A DNA stretch of 64,000 bases, from contig CAYJSN010000001.1 in NCBI GenBank assembly GCA_964373125.1, forward strand, positions 34,130 to 98,129. The letters run 5' to 3'. Below the pieces are notes generated by a model. That model saw only the letters and a program-made list of their open reading frames with translations. It did no database searches and was not told the DNA's origin. The position numbers and the translations under genes are program-made. This DNA is from an uncultured Nitrosopumilales archaeon. Its GTDB lineage: Archaea; Thermoproteota; Nitrososphaeria; Nitrososphaerales; UBA213. Below are positions 53,567 to 62,993 of this stretch, piece by piece. Numbering within the stretch: position 1 is the first letter of the stretch; each line of letters opens with the position of its first letter.

Positions 53567-55678
53567 TTGAGCGCCAGCGCGTTTCTGTATCCTAGATCGA
53601 TCGCCGTGGTCGGCGCCTCGGAGAGGCCCGGGACAATTGGGAGGGCGATCATATCGAATATCACGAAAGGATACAAGGGCGAGATCTACCCCATAACTCC
53701 TTCCAATCAGACCGTCCTCGGCAAGCAGGCCTACAAGAGCGTCCTTGACGTTCCCGGCAACATTGACCTCGCGGTGGTGGTTACGCCCAGCAAGACCGTG
53801 CCCAGCGTCCTTGAGGAGTGCGGCAAGAAGAAGATCAAGGGCGCGATAATAATCACGGCCGGGTTCAAGGAGATCGGCGGGGAGGGCGAGGAGCTCCAGA
53901 GGCAGGTCGGCGAGATCGCCAGGAAGTACGGCGTGCGGATCATAGGTCCAAACTGCCTGGGCGTGATGAACCTCGCGCCCCAGACGATGATGAACTCGAC
54001 CTTCCTCAAGGTCACGCCCAAGACCGGTAACATCGCGCTGGTATCGCAGAGCGGCGCCATCTGTGCCGCGCTGGTCGAGGATGCAATCGGGCAAGACATC
54101 GGCTTCTCCGCCGTGGTGAGCATAGGCAACAAGGTCGACATGAGCGAGAACGACATACTGGAGATGCTGGCGGAGGACGAGCAGACCACGGTGATAGTGA
54201 TGTACCTGGAGGACATAACCGACGGCAGGAGGTTCATCGAGATCTGCAGGAAGGTCACCAGGGATGTTAAGAACAAAAAACCGGTGCTGGTGCTGAAGGC
54301 CGGGCGAACGCCGGAGGGCGCAAGGGCCGCAATGTCGCACACGGGCGCGCTGATGGGATCCGACGAGGTGTACGATGCGATCCTGCAGCAGGCCGGCGCG
54401 ATCAGGGTCGACACGATGCAGGATCTCTTTGACTATGCGACCGCGTTTGCCAAACAACCACTGCCGGGCGACGGCGTTGCGATAGTGACCAACGCCGGAG
54501 GGCCAGGCATACTTTCCACAGACGCTGTTTCTAGGTACGGGCTAAAGATGGCTGACATCAGCGACATAAGGCCCAAGATCGACGCGGTGATACCGACCTA
54601 CGGGTCATCGCGCAACCCGGTTGACATCGTTGGCGATGCCGACTATAACAGGTTCGAGAAGGTGCTAGCCGAGGTGCTCGACCACCCGAACGTGGGCGTG
54701 GCTGTCGTGATGTGCACGCCATCGGCCACGCTGGACTACGACGGCCTCGCGAGGGTTGTGGTGAAGATGAAGTCGAAAGGCAAGACCATACTAGCCAGCC
54801 TGATGGGACTTGCCGAGGGCACCGAGAACAAGAAGATCATGTCGGAGGGAGGGGTGCCGCACTACATGTATGCGGAGCTCGCGATCAAGGCACTGAAGGC
54901 CATGTACGATTACAAGGCATGGATGAACGCGCCCAAGAGCAGGGCCAGGCAGTTCGATGCTGACAGGGAGAAAGTGAGGACGATCCTTGACAATGCGAGA
55001 AAGCAGCAGAGGAGCCACCTCATCGAGGAGGAGGGCATCGAGGTGCTGAAGGCCTACGGCTTCCCCGTGCCGAGGAGCGTCCTCGCGAGGGACGAGCAGG
55101 AGTGCGCGCGGGCGGCCCAGCAGATCGGATACCCGGTTGTGATGAAGATAGCCTCGCCGGACATAATCCACAAGTCGGATGCAGGCGGGGTGAGGGTCAA
55201 CCTGAGCAGCGAGCAGGAGGTCAGGGACGCCTACCGGAAGATAATGCAGAGCGTCACGGCCCACAAGCCCGACGCAAAGATCCTCGGCGTGCTGGTGGTG
55301 GAGATGATCAGGGGAGGTAAGGAGACGATAATCGGAGCAAAGAAGGACCCGAAGTTCGGGCCGCTGGTGATGTTCGGGATGGGCGGGATCTATGTCGAGG
55401 TGCTGAAGGACGTGGTCTTCAGGCTCGCCCCGGTAGACGAGCAGGAAGCCGGGCGCATGATCGATTCGGTGAAGATGCGCAAGCTCCTCAGCGGCGTCAG
55501 GGGAGAGAAACCGTCCGATGTGAGCTCGCTCGCGGAATGCGTGCAGAGACTCTCCCAGCTCGTCACCGACTTTCCTGAGATCTCGGAGATAGACATGAAC
55601 CCGCTGCTCGTCCTGGAGGAGGGCAGGGGCTGCAGGGCACTCGATGTAAGGATCGGATTGGAGAACAAGATCAAGTGA
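53567..55678 (+). CDS. ADP-forming acyl-CoA synthetase (fused alpha/beta, ACD family); candidate 4-hydroxybutyrate-CoA ligase
   Basis: PRSIAVVGAS..PG, GPNCLGV, SQSGA, MSHTGALMG (phospho-His loop) and a C-terminal ATP-grasp. Adjacent to the 4HB-CoA dehydratase gene. Confidence 0.9.
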   Translation: MSASAFLYPRSIAVVGASERPGTIGRAIISNITKGYKGEIYPITPSNQTVLGKQAYKSVLDVPGNIDLAVVVTPSKTVPSVLEECGKKKIKGAIIITAGFKEIGGEGEELQRQVGEIARKYGVRIIGPNCLGVMNLAPQTMMNSTFLKVTPKTGNIALVSQSGAICAALVEDAIGQDIGFSAVVSIGNKVDMSENDILEMLAEDEQTTVIVMYLEDITDGRRFIEICRKVTRDVKNKKPVLVLKAGRTPEGARAAMSHTGALMGSDEVYDAILQQAGAIRVDTMQDLFDYATAFAKQPLPGDGVAIVTNAGGPGILSTDAVSRYGLKMADISDIRPKIDAVIPTYGSSRNPVDIVGDADYNRFEKVLAEVLDHPNVGVAVVMCTPSATLDYDGLARVVVKMKSKGKTILASLMGLAEGTENKKIMSEGGVPHYMYAELAIKALKAMYDYKAWMNAPKSRARQFDADREKVRTILDNARKQQRSHLIEEEGIEVLKAYGFPVPRSVLARDEQECARAAQQIGYPVVMKIASPDIIHKSDAGGVRVNLSSEQEVRDAYRKIMQSVTAHKPDAKILGVLVVEMIRGGKETIIGAKKDPKFGPLVMFGMGGIYVEVLKDVVFRLAPVDEQEAGRMIDSVKMRKLLSGVRGEKPSDVSSLAECVQRLSQLVTDFPEISEIDMNPLLVLEEGRGCRALDVRIGLENKIK

Positions 55679-55730
55679 TGCCTGTACGCATTCTGTATAC
55701 TTTATATATTATAATCAACGTAGTTAGAGT

Positions 55731-57266
55731 ATGCCCATCAGAAACGGGGCAGAGTATATTCAGAGTCTCAGGGGTAGGAAGCTCAAGGTATATCTCTTCG
55801 GCGAGCTGGTCGAGGAGCCGGTCGATCACCCGGTGATAAAACCATCTATAAACGCGGTGGCCGAGACCTACGACCTGGCGGTGAGGGAGCCGGAACTTGC
55901 CGCGGCCCATTCCTCGCTCACAGGCAAGCCGGTGAACAGGTTCCTGCACATAACCGAGAGCAGGGACGACCTGGTGATGCAGAACAAGATGCAGAGGAAG
56001 TTAGGACAACTGACCGGTACATGCTTCCAGCGCTGCGTGGGGATGGACGCGATAAACGCACTCTATTCCGTGACATACGATATGGATGAGAAGCACGGCA
56101 CCGAGTACCACAAACGGCTCATCGATTTCATCAAGTACATTCAGGAGGAGAACCTCATGATCGGCGGCGCTATGACCGACCCGAAGGGCGACCGCAGCAA
56201 GGGACCTTCCGAGCAGGAGGACCCGGACCTTTTCGTGCATATAGTGGAGCGGCGCGACGACGGCATCGTCATCAGGGGCGCGAAGGCCCACCAGACCGGA
56301 TGCGTGAACTCGCACTGGATCATAGTGATGCCCGCGGTGCGGCTGAGACCGCAGGACAAGGACTACGCCGTATCCTGCGCTATCCCGGTCGACCACCCCG
56401 GCCTGACATACATCTACGGGCGGCAGTCCTGTGATACCAGGAGCATGGAGGGCGGCGAGATCGATACGGGCAACATACTGTACTCCGGTCAGGAAGCCAT
56501 GGTAATAATCGACAACATCTTCGTGCCTTGGAAGCACGTCTTCATATGTGGCGAGACCGAGTTTGCTGCACCGCTAATTGAGAGGTTCACCACCTACCAC
56601 AGGCGCAGCTATGTCTGCAAGACCGGCCTGGGCGATGTTATCATCGGCGCGGCTGCCGCGATAGCCGACTATAACGGCGTGCCCGACGCGTCCCACATAC
56701 GCGACAAGCTCGTGGAGATGACCCACCTGAACGAGACTATCTTCGGCGCCGGCATAGCATCCTCCTATGAATCATACCAGACAAAGGCCGGCAACTGGCA
56801 GAACGACGACATGCTGGCAAACGTCTGCAAGCACAACGTGACAAGGTTCCCCTACGAGATCGGCCGGCTCGCGCAGGACATAGCCGGAGGTCTTGTTGCG
56901 ACGCTGCCGTCGGAGAAGGACTTTAGGAATCCAGCGACGGGGCCGATCCTCAGGAAGTTCCTGAAGGGCCGGAAGGGCGTTGACCCCGAGAACAAGATGC
57001 GCATACTGCGCCTGATTGAGAACATGACGATGGGCCGCAACGCCGTGGGATACCTGACCGAGTCGATGCATGGCGCCGGCTCGCCGCAGGCACAAAGGAT
57101 CCAGATAGGACGCCTGATGCAGCTAGACTACAAGATGAAGATCGCGAAGAGGCTCGCCGGCGTGAAGGAAGACGAGGCACCGCAGCCGCTCAACGCTGAG
57201 CAGCAGGAGTACTTCGACAGGATCTTTGACCTGAAGAAGCACAAGCCTACAAAGGGACTGCAGTAA
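55731..57266 (+). CDS. 4-hydroxybutyryl-CoA dehydratase (4-hydroxyphenylacetate-3-hydroxylase fold family)
   Basis: 511 aa. N-terminal MPIRNGAEYIQSLRGR. Cys/His cluster ligand candidates (CFQRCVGMD, AHQTGC). Family-typical length and layout. Confidence 0.88.
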   Translation: MPIRNGAEYIQSLRGRKLKVYLFGELVEEPVDHPVIKPSINAVAETYDLAVREPELAAAHSSLTGKPVNRFLHITESRDDLVMQNKMQRKLGQLTGTCFQRCVGMDAINALYSVTYDMDEKHGTEYHKRLIDFIKYIQEENLMIGGAMTDPKGDRSKGPSEQEDPDLFVHIVERRDDGIVIRGAKAHQTGCVNSHWIIVMPAVRLRPQDKDYAVSCAIPVDHPGLTYIYGRQSCDTRSMEGGEIDTGNILYSGQEAMVIIDNIFVPWKHVFICGETEFAAPLIERFTTYHRRSYVCKTGLGDVIIGAAAAIADYNGVPDASHIRDKLVEMTHLNETIFGAGIASSYESYQTKAGNWQNDDMLANVCKHNVTRFPYEIGRLAQDIAGGLVATLPSEKDFRNPATGPILRKFLKGRKGVDPENKMRILRLIENMTMGRNAVGYLTESMHGAGSPQAQRIQIGRLMQLDYKMKIAKRLAGVKEDEAPQPLNAEQQEYFDRIFDLKKHKPTKGLQ

Positions 57267-57295
57267 CTCCGGTTGTTTATCTGATTCCTGACATC

Positions 57296-57955
57296 TTACT
57301 GGGCAAGCCTGCTGCCGCACTGCTCGCAGAACTTCGAGTCTGGCTTGTTCTCGAACCCGCACCTGCCGCACCCCGGTGATGGGGTCTCGCCGGATTCTTT
57401 TTTCTCATCCCCGGCCCTGAGAAGGACGATATCGCCTATCCTGAGTATCTGGTCCCAGGGGATCTCCCTCTCGGTCTGCTCGGTCGTGGTTATCACCATC
57501 ACCAGCATATTCTTCTGCCTTAGACCGATCTCCTTCACCGAGCCGACTAGGTAGGTGCTACTGTCGTAGACGCTCATGCCCACTAATTTCCTGATCGGGA
57601 CGAAGCCCTCGCTGGCATAGCCGCCGTACCCGTGCTCCGCGCCGCCGGCTGCAGGCTCGGCCTGCTCGGCAAAGGTCTTGTACTGGGCGATGAGCGAGCC
57701 GCACTTTTTGCAGATGTACTCGCCCTGCTCCGAGAGCGTGTAACCCTTCGCGACCTCCTGGCCGACCTTTTCGTACTTTATCTCGGGCGGGCCCTCGTAG
57801 TCCTTGTTGCAGTTCTTGCAGTAATAACTAACGATCCTGTCCTTGCCTATCCTGCCGAGCGCGCCCAGAAAGAGATCCGAACCAACCAGCCTGGCCTTCT
57901 TTACCTCCTGCGACGTTAGATCTGCGGTTATGTGCCCGCCGGAACCCTTGAGCAT
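57296..57955 (-). CDS. PRC-barrel protein with internal and C-terminal zinc ribbons
   Basis: Start taken at MLKGSGG (57955). CKNC..CKKC; PRC-like VPIRKLVGMSVYD...IPWDQILRIGDIVLL; tail CGRCGFENKPDSKFCEQCG. Confidence 0.6.
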   Translation of the reverse strand: MLKGSGGHITADLTSQEVKKARLVGSDLFLGALGRIGKDRIVSYYCKNCNKDYEGPPEIKYEKVGQEVAKGYTLSEQGEYICKKCGSLIAQYKTFAEQAEPAAGGAEHGYGGYASEGFVPIRKLVGMSVYDSSTYLVGSVKEIGLRQKNMLVMVITTTEQTEREIPWDQILRIGDIVLLRAGDEKKESGETPSPGCGRCGFENKPDSKFCEQCGSRLAQ

Positions 57956-58067
57956 CTTCCGTTCCAGTTCGCCCACAAGGCTGTTATGTAAAACGTCATT
58001 TAAAAATTGATCAAACAAAAAACTCAACGTATATTTAGGGAGTCTGGCTAGCCAGCTTGAAAGCAAG

Positions 58068-58400
58068 ATGGGCGGCGTGGAAGCAACGACCACCAAAACA
58101 TGGCAGAGAGACGTGGCCGAGGCCCAGCTGCCGGTCCTCGTGGACTTTTGGGCGGCGTGGTGCGGGCCGTGCAGGATGGTTGCGCCCGTCGTGGAGGAGC
58201 TGTCGAAGGAGTACGACGGCAAGGTAAAATTCATGAAGCTGAACGTTGACGAGAACCAGGAGATTGCTGCGAAGTACGAGATATTCAGCATACCCACACT
58301 CCTGATGATCAGGGGCGAGAAGGTCATCGGGCAGCACGTGGGCGCCACGTCAAAGGACATCCTGAAACGGTTCATCGAGAAGTCGCTGCAGAACGCGTGA
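58068..58400 (+). CDS. trxA: Thioredoxin
   Basis: VLVDFWAAWCGPCRM active site; 110 aa. Confidence 0.92.
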   Translation: MGGVEATTTKTWQRDVAEAQLPVLVDFWAAWCGPCRMVAPVVEELSKEYDGKVKFMKLNVDENQEIAAKYEIFSIPTLLMIRGEKVIGQHVGATSKDILKRFIEKSLQNA

Positions 58401-58477
58401 CAGGCGAGACAAATTTTTTGAGAACTTGGTCCTGCGGGCAGCTAGGCTTTAAATAGATTACAGCGCCCAGATCAACC

Positions 58478-58897
58478 ATGTCGCAGCTAGGTTACGGAAC
58501 GAGAGGCCCACTTGTGGAGAAGCTGAAGCAGCTGGTCACCGACATACAGAACGTCTATGAGTCATTTCTCGATGCGCAGACGCTCTACGAGCAGGGGCAG
58601 CTGAGCGAGAAGGAGTTCTTCGCCAAGATGGGACAGTTCCTCAGAGCATTCTCCGCGCTTGGCTTCCTCTCCGTGAAGGTGATCGTGGAGCTCGACAATG
58701 CGATAGGCAAGGCGGGCGAGCCGCGGCCAGCGGCTGTCACCAAACCGTCCCCGACGCTCACACCCGATATGATGCCGGGCAAGGCATCGCCGTTGTACAA
58801 AGCGGCAGAGCTTGGCGACCGACTCTGCGTTCACTGCAACGCGAAGATTCCGAAGAGCGCAAAGTTCTGCACCAGCTGCGGAAAACCGCAGAGCTAG
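58478..58897 (+). CDS. Hypothetical protein with C-terminal zinc ribbon
   Basis: Helical N-terminus, Pro-rich linker, CVHCNAKIPKSAKFCTSCG. Confidence 0.5.
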   Translation: MSQLGYGTRGPLVEKLKQLVTDIQNVYESFLDAQTLYEQGQLSEKEFFAKMGQFLRAFSALGFLSVKVIVELDNAIGKAGEPRPAAVTKPSPTLTPDMMPGKASPLYKAAELGDRLCVHCNAKIPKSAKFCTSCGKPQS

Positions 58898-58903
58898 CTG
58901 CGA

Positions 58904-59371
58904 ATGGAAAAGGATAATACTACTCTTGGCGCAGAGAATGCCATGAAAGTATTCAACGGAAAGAATGCGGCCGAAGATTACATGTCAATGCATTCTCTTG
59001 CCTACTCGACGCCGGAGATGACGCTGAAGAGGTTTGCGTACTGGCTGGCCGAGATCGTGGATGTAGACTGCACGATCGCTGCCGACAAATGTCCGAACGA
59101 GGACGGCAAGCACCCGAGGCACAGGCTGCCGAGACTGATGCTCTATGTTGAGAGCAAGGATGCGCCCTACACTGCAAGCAAGGAGGAGGTGGACGAGACA
59201 GCGTTCAGGCCCACCGGCGCGCTCACAACGTTCTACGAGTCGAAGGAGCTACACCCCGAGATGCGCGAAGCCGAGACTGCGGCCAGGTTCTGCTTCGAGT
59301 GCGGGGCAAAGATATCGAGGGAAGCAAGGTTCTGCCCGCAGTGCGGAAGAGAGCAAGAGGCTGCCGGCTGA
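58904..59371 (+). CDS. Hypothetical protein with C-terminal zinc ribbon
   Basis: CFECGAKISREARFCPQCG tail; 7 nt after the previous gene. Confidence 0.5.
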   Translation: MEKDNTTLGAENAMKVFNGKNAAEDYMSMHSLAYSTPEMTLKRFAYWLAEIVDVDCTIAADKCPNEDGKHPRHRLPRLMLYVESKDAPYTASKEEVDETAFRPTGALTTFYESKELHPEMREAETAARFCFECGAKISREARFCPQCGREQEAAG

Positions 59372-59436
59372 TCGTGGTATTTCGATCACAGTGCAACATT
59401 AATTATGGTAGTTTTTACTCTCTTGTATCCTGCGTA

Positions 59437-59509
59437 GGGCCGGTAGTTCAGCGGTAGTAATGCTCGCTTCGCAAGCGAGAGGTCGCGGGTTCAAATCCCG
59501 CCCGGTCCA
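59437..59509 (+). tRNA. tRNA-Ala(CGC), uninterrupted
   Basis: Acceptor GGGCCGG/CCGGTCC with the G3:U70 Ala identity pair, anticodon arm CTCGC-TTCGCAA-GCGAG (59470-59472), T arm GCGGG-TTCAAAT-CCCGC. Confidence 0.9.
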
Positions 59510-59523
59510 CTACCTTCGCCCAG

Positions 59524-59721
59524 CTATGCCAGTTCGGCAGGATTCCCATACGCACGCATGCGCTTGCTGCGCTCCATCCTAAGCATGAATAATGATGTGA
59601 GGACGAGGGCGACCAGTACCCAGTCCAGCAATATGTAGTACGGATGAGCAAACCGCCACGATAACAGCGCCATAAGCCACGAAAATATTATGCCCGCCAT
59701 CCAGACTAGCTTGAACCGCAT
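59524..59721 (-). CDS. Possible small two-TM membrane protein
   Basis: Internal Met (MRFKLVW..) avoids overlap with the 59837 gene. Weak support. Confidence 0.3.
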   Translation of the reverse strand: MRFKLVWMAGIIFSWLMALLSWRFAHPYYILLDWVLVALVLTSLFMLRMERSKRMRAYGNPAELA

Positions 59722-59836
59722 CTTACCAAGATTATAACTTCTGAGTATTTCAGCCTTTTCGGTAACTTGCCAGCAGAAATATACCAGTTGGAGGACGATG
59801 GGTAACCTTAAATAAAATACGATACGTCTCTGCACT

Positions 59837-60388
59837 GTGCACAGGGACAAGGCAGCAAAGATCGGCAGAAGGAAGCGGAACGTGCAGCTCATAACGATAG
59901 GCATTATTGCCGCGGTGGCCATCGCGATAGGCATTGCCGCATACACCTACATGCAGAACCCGCCGCGCACGACATCGTTTGGCGCTGTAGGCTCGGCCCA
60001 CGAGCACGCGGCCTTGAAGGTGTACATACACGGCAAGCCGGTTGATTTCTCCCAAGCAAAATACCAGATTAGGAGCAACTACATACACTTTGAGAGCAAC
60101 AACGGCGACATCGTACACCGGCACGCAACGCTGGTCGACATGGGCTACCTCTTCGAGACCCTGAGAATGAAGCTCACGAACGACTGCCTCACCACGGACG
60201 ACGGTACGGCATACTGCAACGACGGCACCAACACCCTGAAGTTTTATGTGAACAATCTACCGAAGGGCGCGCTCAACAACCATGTCCTAAGAGACGGAGA
60301 CCGAATCCTCATAAGCTACGGCTCCGAGGACAGCGCGCAGATAAGCGAGCAGCTGAAGACGCTGAACGAGATCGAGATCGGGACCTGA
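59837..60388 (+). CDS. Membrane-anchored His-rich hypothetical protein
   Basis: N-terminal basic region + TM, then GSAHEHAALKVYIHGKPVDF...IHFESNNGDIVHRHA. GTG start. Confidence 0.5.
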   Translation: MHRDKAAKIGRRKRNVQLITIGIIAAVAIAIGIAAYTYMQNPPRTTSFGAVGSAHEHAALKVYIHGKPVDFSQAKYQIRSNYIHFESNNGDIVHRHATLVDMGYLFETLRMKLTNDCLTTDDGTAYCNDGTNTLKFYVNNLPKGALNNHVLRDGDRILISYGSEDSAQISEQLKTLNEIEIGT

Positions 60389-60414
60389 TCAGCAGGCTTT
60401 AGCCTGGATTTTGT

Positions 60415-61317
60415 TCAGCGGCTCTTGTACTTCCGCTCCAGCTGCTTGAACCGCTTCAGCCCGACCAGCTCGTTGAACTCCCCGAATGTCACCATCCTGT
60501 TCATGGCCGACTTTGTGACGCCCTTCGTCTTCAGGGTCCTGAACGACTCCCTGATGGCATAGGTTGCCGCGAAGAGCGCGGTGAGCGGGAAGACGACCAG
60601 CCGGAAGCCGAGCTTCCTCAGCTCCCCGGCCGACAGGAGCGGGGTCCTGCCTCCCTCCATCATGTTGGCCACCAGCGGTGCGTTCACCGACGCGGCGATC
60701 TTCTTCAGGTCCGCGACGGTCCTGGGAGCCTCGATGAAGACGGCGTCCGCGCCTGTCTTCCTGTATTCTTTGCCGCGCCTGATGGCCTCGTTGAGCCCCA
60801 GCGGCTCGATCGCGTCGGTCCTTGCAACTATGATGAATTCCTTGCTCCGCCTCGCCTCGATCGCGGCCCGCAGCTTGGGGATGTAATCATCGGCCGGTAC
60901 GACCTGCTTGCCGGTCATGTGGCCGCACCTCTTCGGCCAGACTTGGTCCTCGAGGAAGATGCCGGCTGCTCCGGCGTTCTCGAGGTCCCTGACCAGCCTC
61001 CACACTGTCAGCGGGTTGCCGTAGCCTGTATCTACATCCACGATCAGCGGTATCGAGACCGCCCGCGCTATCTTCCTTGCCTGCTCCATGGTCTCGCCGG
61101 CGTTGAGAAATCCGTAGTCGGGCATGCCGAGGATGCCGGCGGAGACGCTGTAGCCGGACTGGAAGACAACCTCGAAGCCGAGCTGCTCGGCGATCTTTGC
61201 GCTGAGGGCGTCGTAAACTCCTGGCATCACTATGATGCTGTTCTTATCCTGCAACCGCTTCAGGAGCGAGCGCTTCACACCATGATAGCCAGTGAAGAAA
61301 TTATTTAATTTTATCAT
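60415..61317 (-). CDS. Isocitrate lyase/PEP mutase superfamily enzyme (methylisocitrate lyase / carboxy-PEP mutase-like)
   Basis: MPGVYDALSAKIAEQLGF..FQSGY, DVDTGYGN, GIFLEDQVWPKRCGH. The start is uncertain (61317 or 61362). The listed 61467 lies in AT-rich non-coding-looking DNA. Confidence 0.8.
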   Translation of the reverse strand: MIKLNNFFTGYHGVKRSLLKRLQDKNSIIVMPGVYDALSAKIAEQLGFEVVFQSGYSVSAGILGMPDYGFLNAGETMEQARKIARAVSIPLIVDVDTGYGNPLTVWRLVRDLENAGAAGIFLEDQVWPKRCGHMTGKQVVPADDYIPKLRAAIEARRSKEFIIVARTDAIEPLGLNEAIRRGKEYRKTGADAVFIEAPRTVADLKKIAASVNAPLVANMMEGGRTPLLSAGELRKLGFRLVVFPLTALFAATYAIRESFRTLKTKGVTKSAMNRMVTFGEFNELVGLKRFKQLERKYKSR

Positions 61318-61823
61318 ATTTCCTAGTTCTGCAAGTACAATAGATTGGCTATACTGTTCCATTTTTGAATGTTTATATAGTAAAGTTGTCGCTATAGTTC
61401 TAATGGGTTCGAAAAAGAAAGCAAAGACAAAGTCGAAAAAACGTTGAATTTTCGCTAACGTTATCAAACAATAATTATGACAAGCTAACTGCGAATTACG
61501 TCTTTATTGCGTAATGCATTACAAAACGCAAAAACCAGTAAGAGCTTTGAAACACGGCGACATAATCTAGATAGTCAAGCCTTTTTACAGAAGGGCCTCA
61601 ACTCTTCCCCGTCTTTTTACTTACCGCCTGCGAAGAAGTGAGCTGATTTATACGCAGTGATTTCATCGCAAAAACACGCTCAAATTATTTAACTTTCACT
61701 AATTTGGGGATAAGATTGCCGATATTAAATCACGAAACAACTGTTTCAAAATCAATAAGGTCGGGTTCAACAGGTTTCAGGGCCGAGCATAATGGATAAA
61801 TATTATTTGAACAAGTACCATGC

Positions 61824-62888
61824 ATGAAGATAAGAATAGGAACATACAACTGCGAGAACCTATTTGTTTTTCACCGATTGAGAGAAAAAGGATTCGATTT
61901 GCGTTTTAAGACCACACATCATGTTGCAGATATGGAGTATGACGGCAAGGGTGTTCGCATAACGGCATTGAAAAGAGGATGGGCGATAACAAAAAACCAG
62001 CGACAAATTACAGCAAGATCCATTCTGGAAAATCAGCCGGATATGATAGCTTTGCAGGAAATAGAGAATCTGGATGCTCTAAGAGCTTTTGTTACCGATT
62101 TTATGAATTTTAAGATCAAGGATATTCGGGGCGTATCAAACTCATCTTCTAAAATATATTGGAAGATGCCATACGTAATACTCATTGACGGAAATGATGA
62201 TGGCTTTATAGACGTGGCCTTGATGAGCAGATTCCCAATAATAGCTGTGAGAACTCATATCTGGGATACACGAAAAACCGCTGGCGGCAAGACAACGCCA
62301 GTATTTCCAAGGGATTGTCTGGAAGTTGATGTAGAAATTCCTACCAAACCCAAAAAGAAGATTGTAACATTTTATGTTAACCATTTCACTTCCAAGCGAA
62401 GCGACAAAACCGGAGACAAACGAGAAATACAGGCAGAAGAAGTGATCAAAATAGTTAAGAAAAGATTCGGAGATAAAATCGACAAAAGCTATTTTGTAAT
62501 ACTTGGAGACCTAAATGCCGCGCCCGAGGAAAAAGCCCTGAAGACTACATTATACAATTCCGCCAAGATTCACCTGATTAATCCGCTAAGTTTGCTTCCT
62601 GCAAATCAACAATGGACTCACTTTTGGTATAACGATGATCCTGCAAAGCCAGATCCGGGTAAGCTGAAATCACTCAGCCAGCTGGATCACTTGTTGCTTT
62701 CACGCGCCTTCAAGACTAAAAACCCGTCACCAAAGGTTCTGATTGAGAGAAGAGGACTTTTAAGGACAATTGAAGATGTGAAAGAGAACAAGCGAGGTCC
62801 TCTTCTTCCAAAATTCCCTGGTGTGACGAAAGAATTGGGAACCGAAGGTTCTGACCATTGTCCCGTGTTCGTAGATTTAGAAATCTAA
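61824..62888 (+). CDS. Endonuclease/exonuclease/phosphatase (EEP) family protein
   Basis: IGTYNCENLF, ALQEIEN, LGDLNA, SDHCPVFVDL catalytic blocks. The gene is AT-rich. Confidence 0.8.
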   Translation: MKIRIGTYNCENLFVFHRLREKGFDLRFKTTHHVADMEYDGKGVRITALKRGWAITKNQRQITARSILENQPDMIALQEIENLDALRAFVTDFMNFKIKDIRGVSNSSSKIYWKMPYVILIDGNDDGFIDVALMSRFPIIAVRTHIWDTRKTAGGKTTPVFPRDCLEVDVEIPTKPKKKIVTFYVNHFTSKRSDKTGDKREIQAEEVIKIVKKRFGDKIDKSYFVILGDLNAAPEEKALKTTLYNSAKIHLINPLSLLPANQQWTHFWYNDDPAKPDPGKLKSLSQLDHLLLSRAFKTKNPSPKVLIERRGLLRTIEDVKENKRGPLLPKFPGVTKELGTEGSDHCPVFVDLEI

Positions 62889-62993
62889 ATGACGCTCTAT
62901 ATGGAACTAAAATAGCTTCACTGAAAGAATATTCCCCGCGCTGCCCTGACCACAGACACACTCAAATTTGCCAAAAATGCTACCGATTGGCGT

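Noticed and set aside
57956-58375. N-terminal 140 codons of the listed ORF 57296..58375.
   Set aside because: Antisense to the well-supported thioredoxin gene (58068..58400), with a Ser/Phe-rich, non-protein-like sequence. The gene most likely starts at Met 57955.
59722-59946. N-terminal 75 codons of the listed ORF 59524..59946.
   Set aside because: They overlap the start of the better-supported + strand gene (59837..60388) and its upstream region. Even the shortened ORF is only weakly supported.
61318-61467. N-terminal 50 codons of the listed PEP-mutase-family ORF.
   Set aside because: The sequence is AT-rich and Phe/Ile-rich, unlike the rest of the gene, and the family N-terminus aligns from about MIKLNN/SLLKRLQ. 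It is probably 5' untranslated or promoter DNA.
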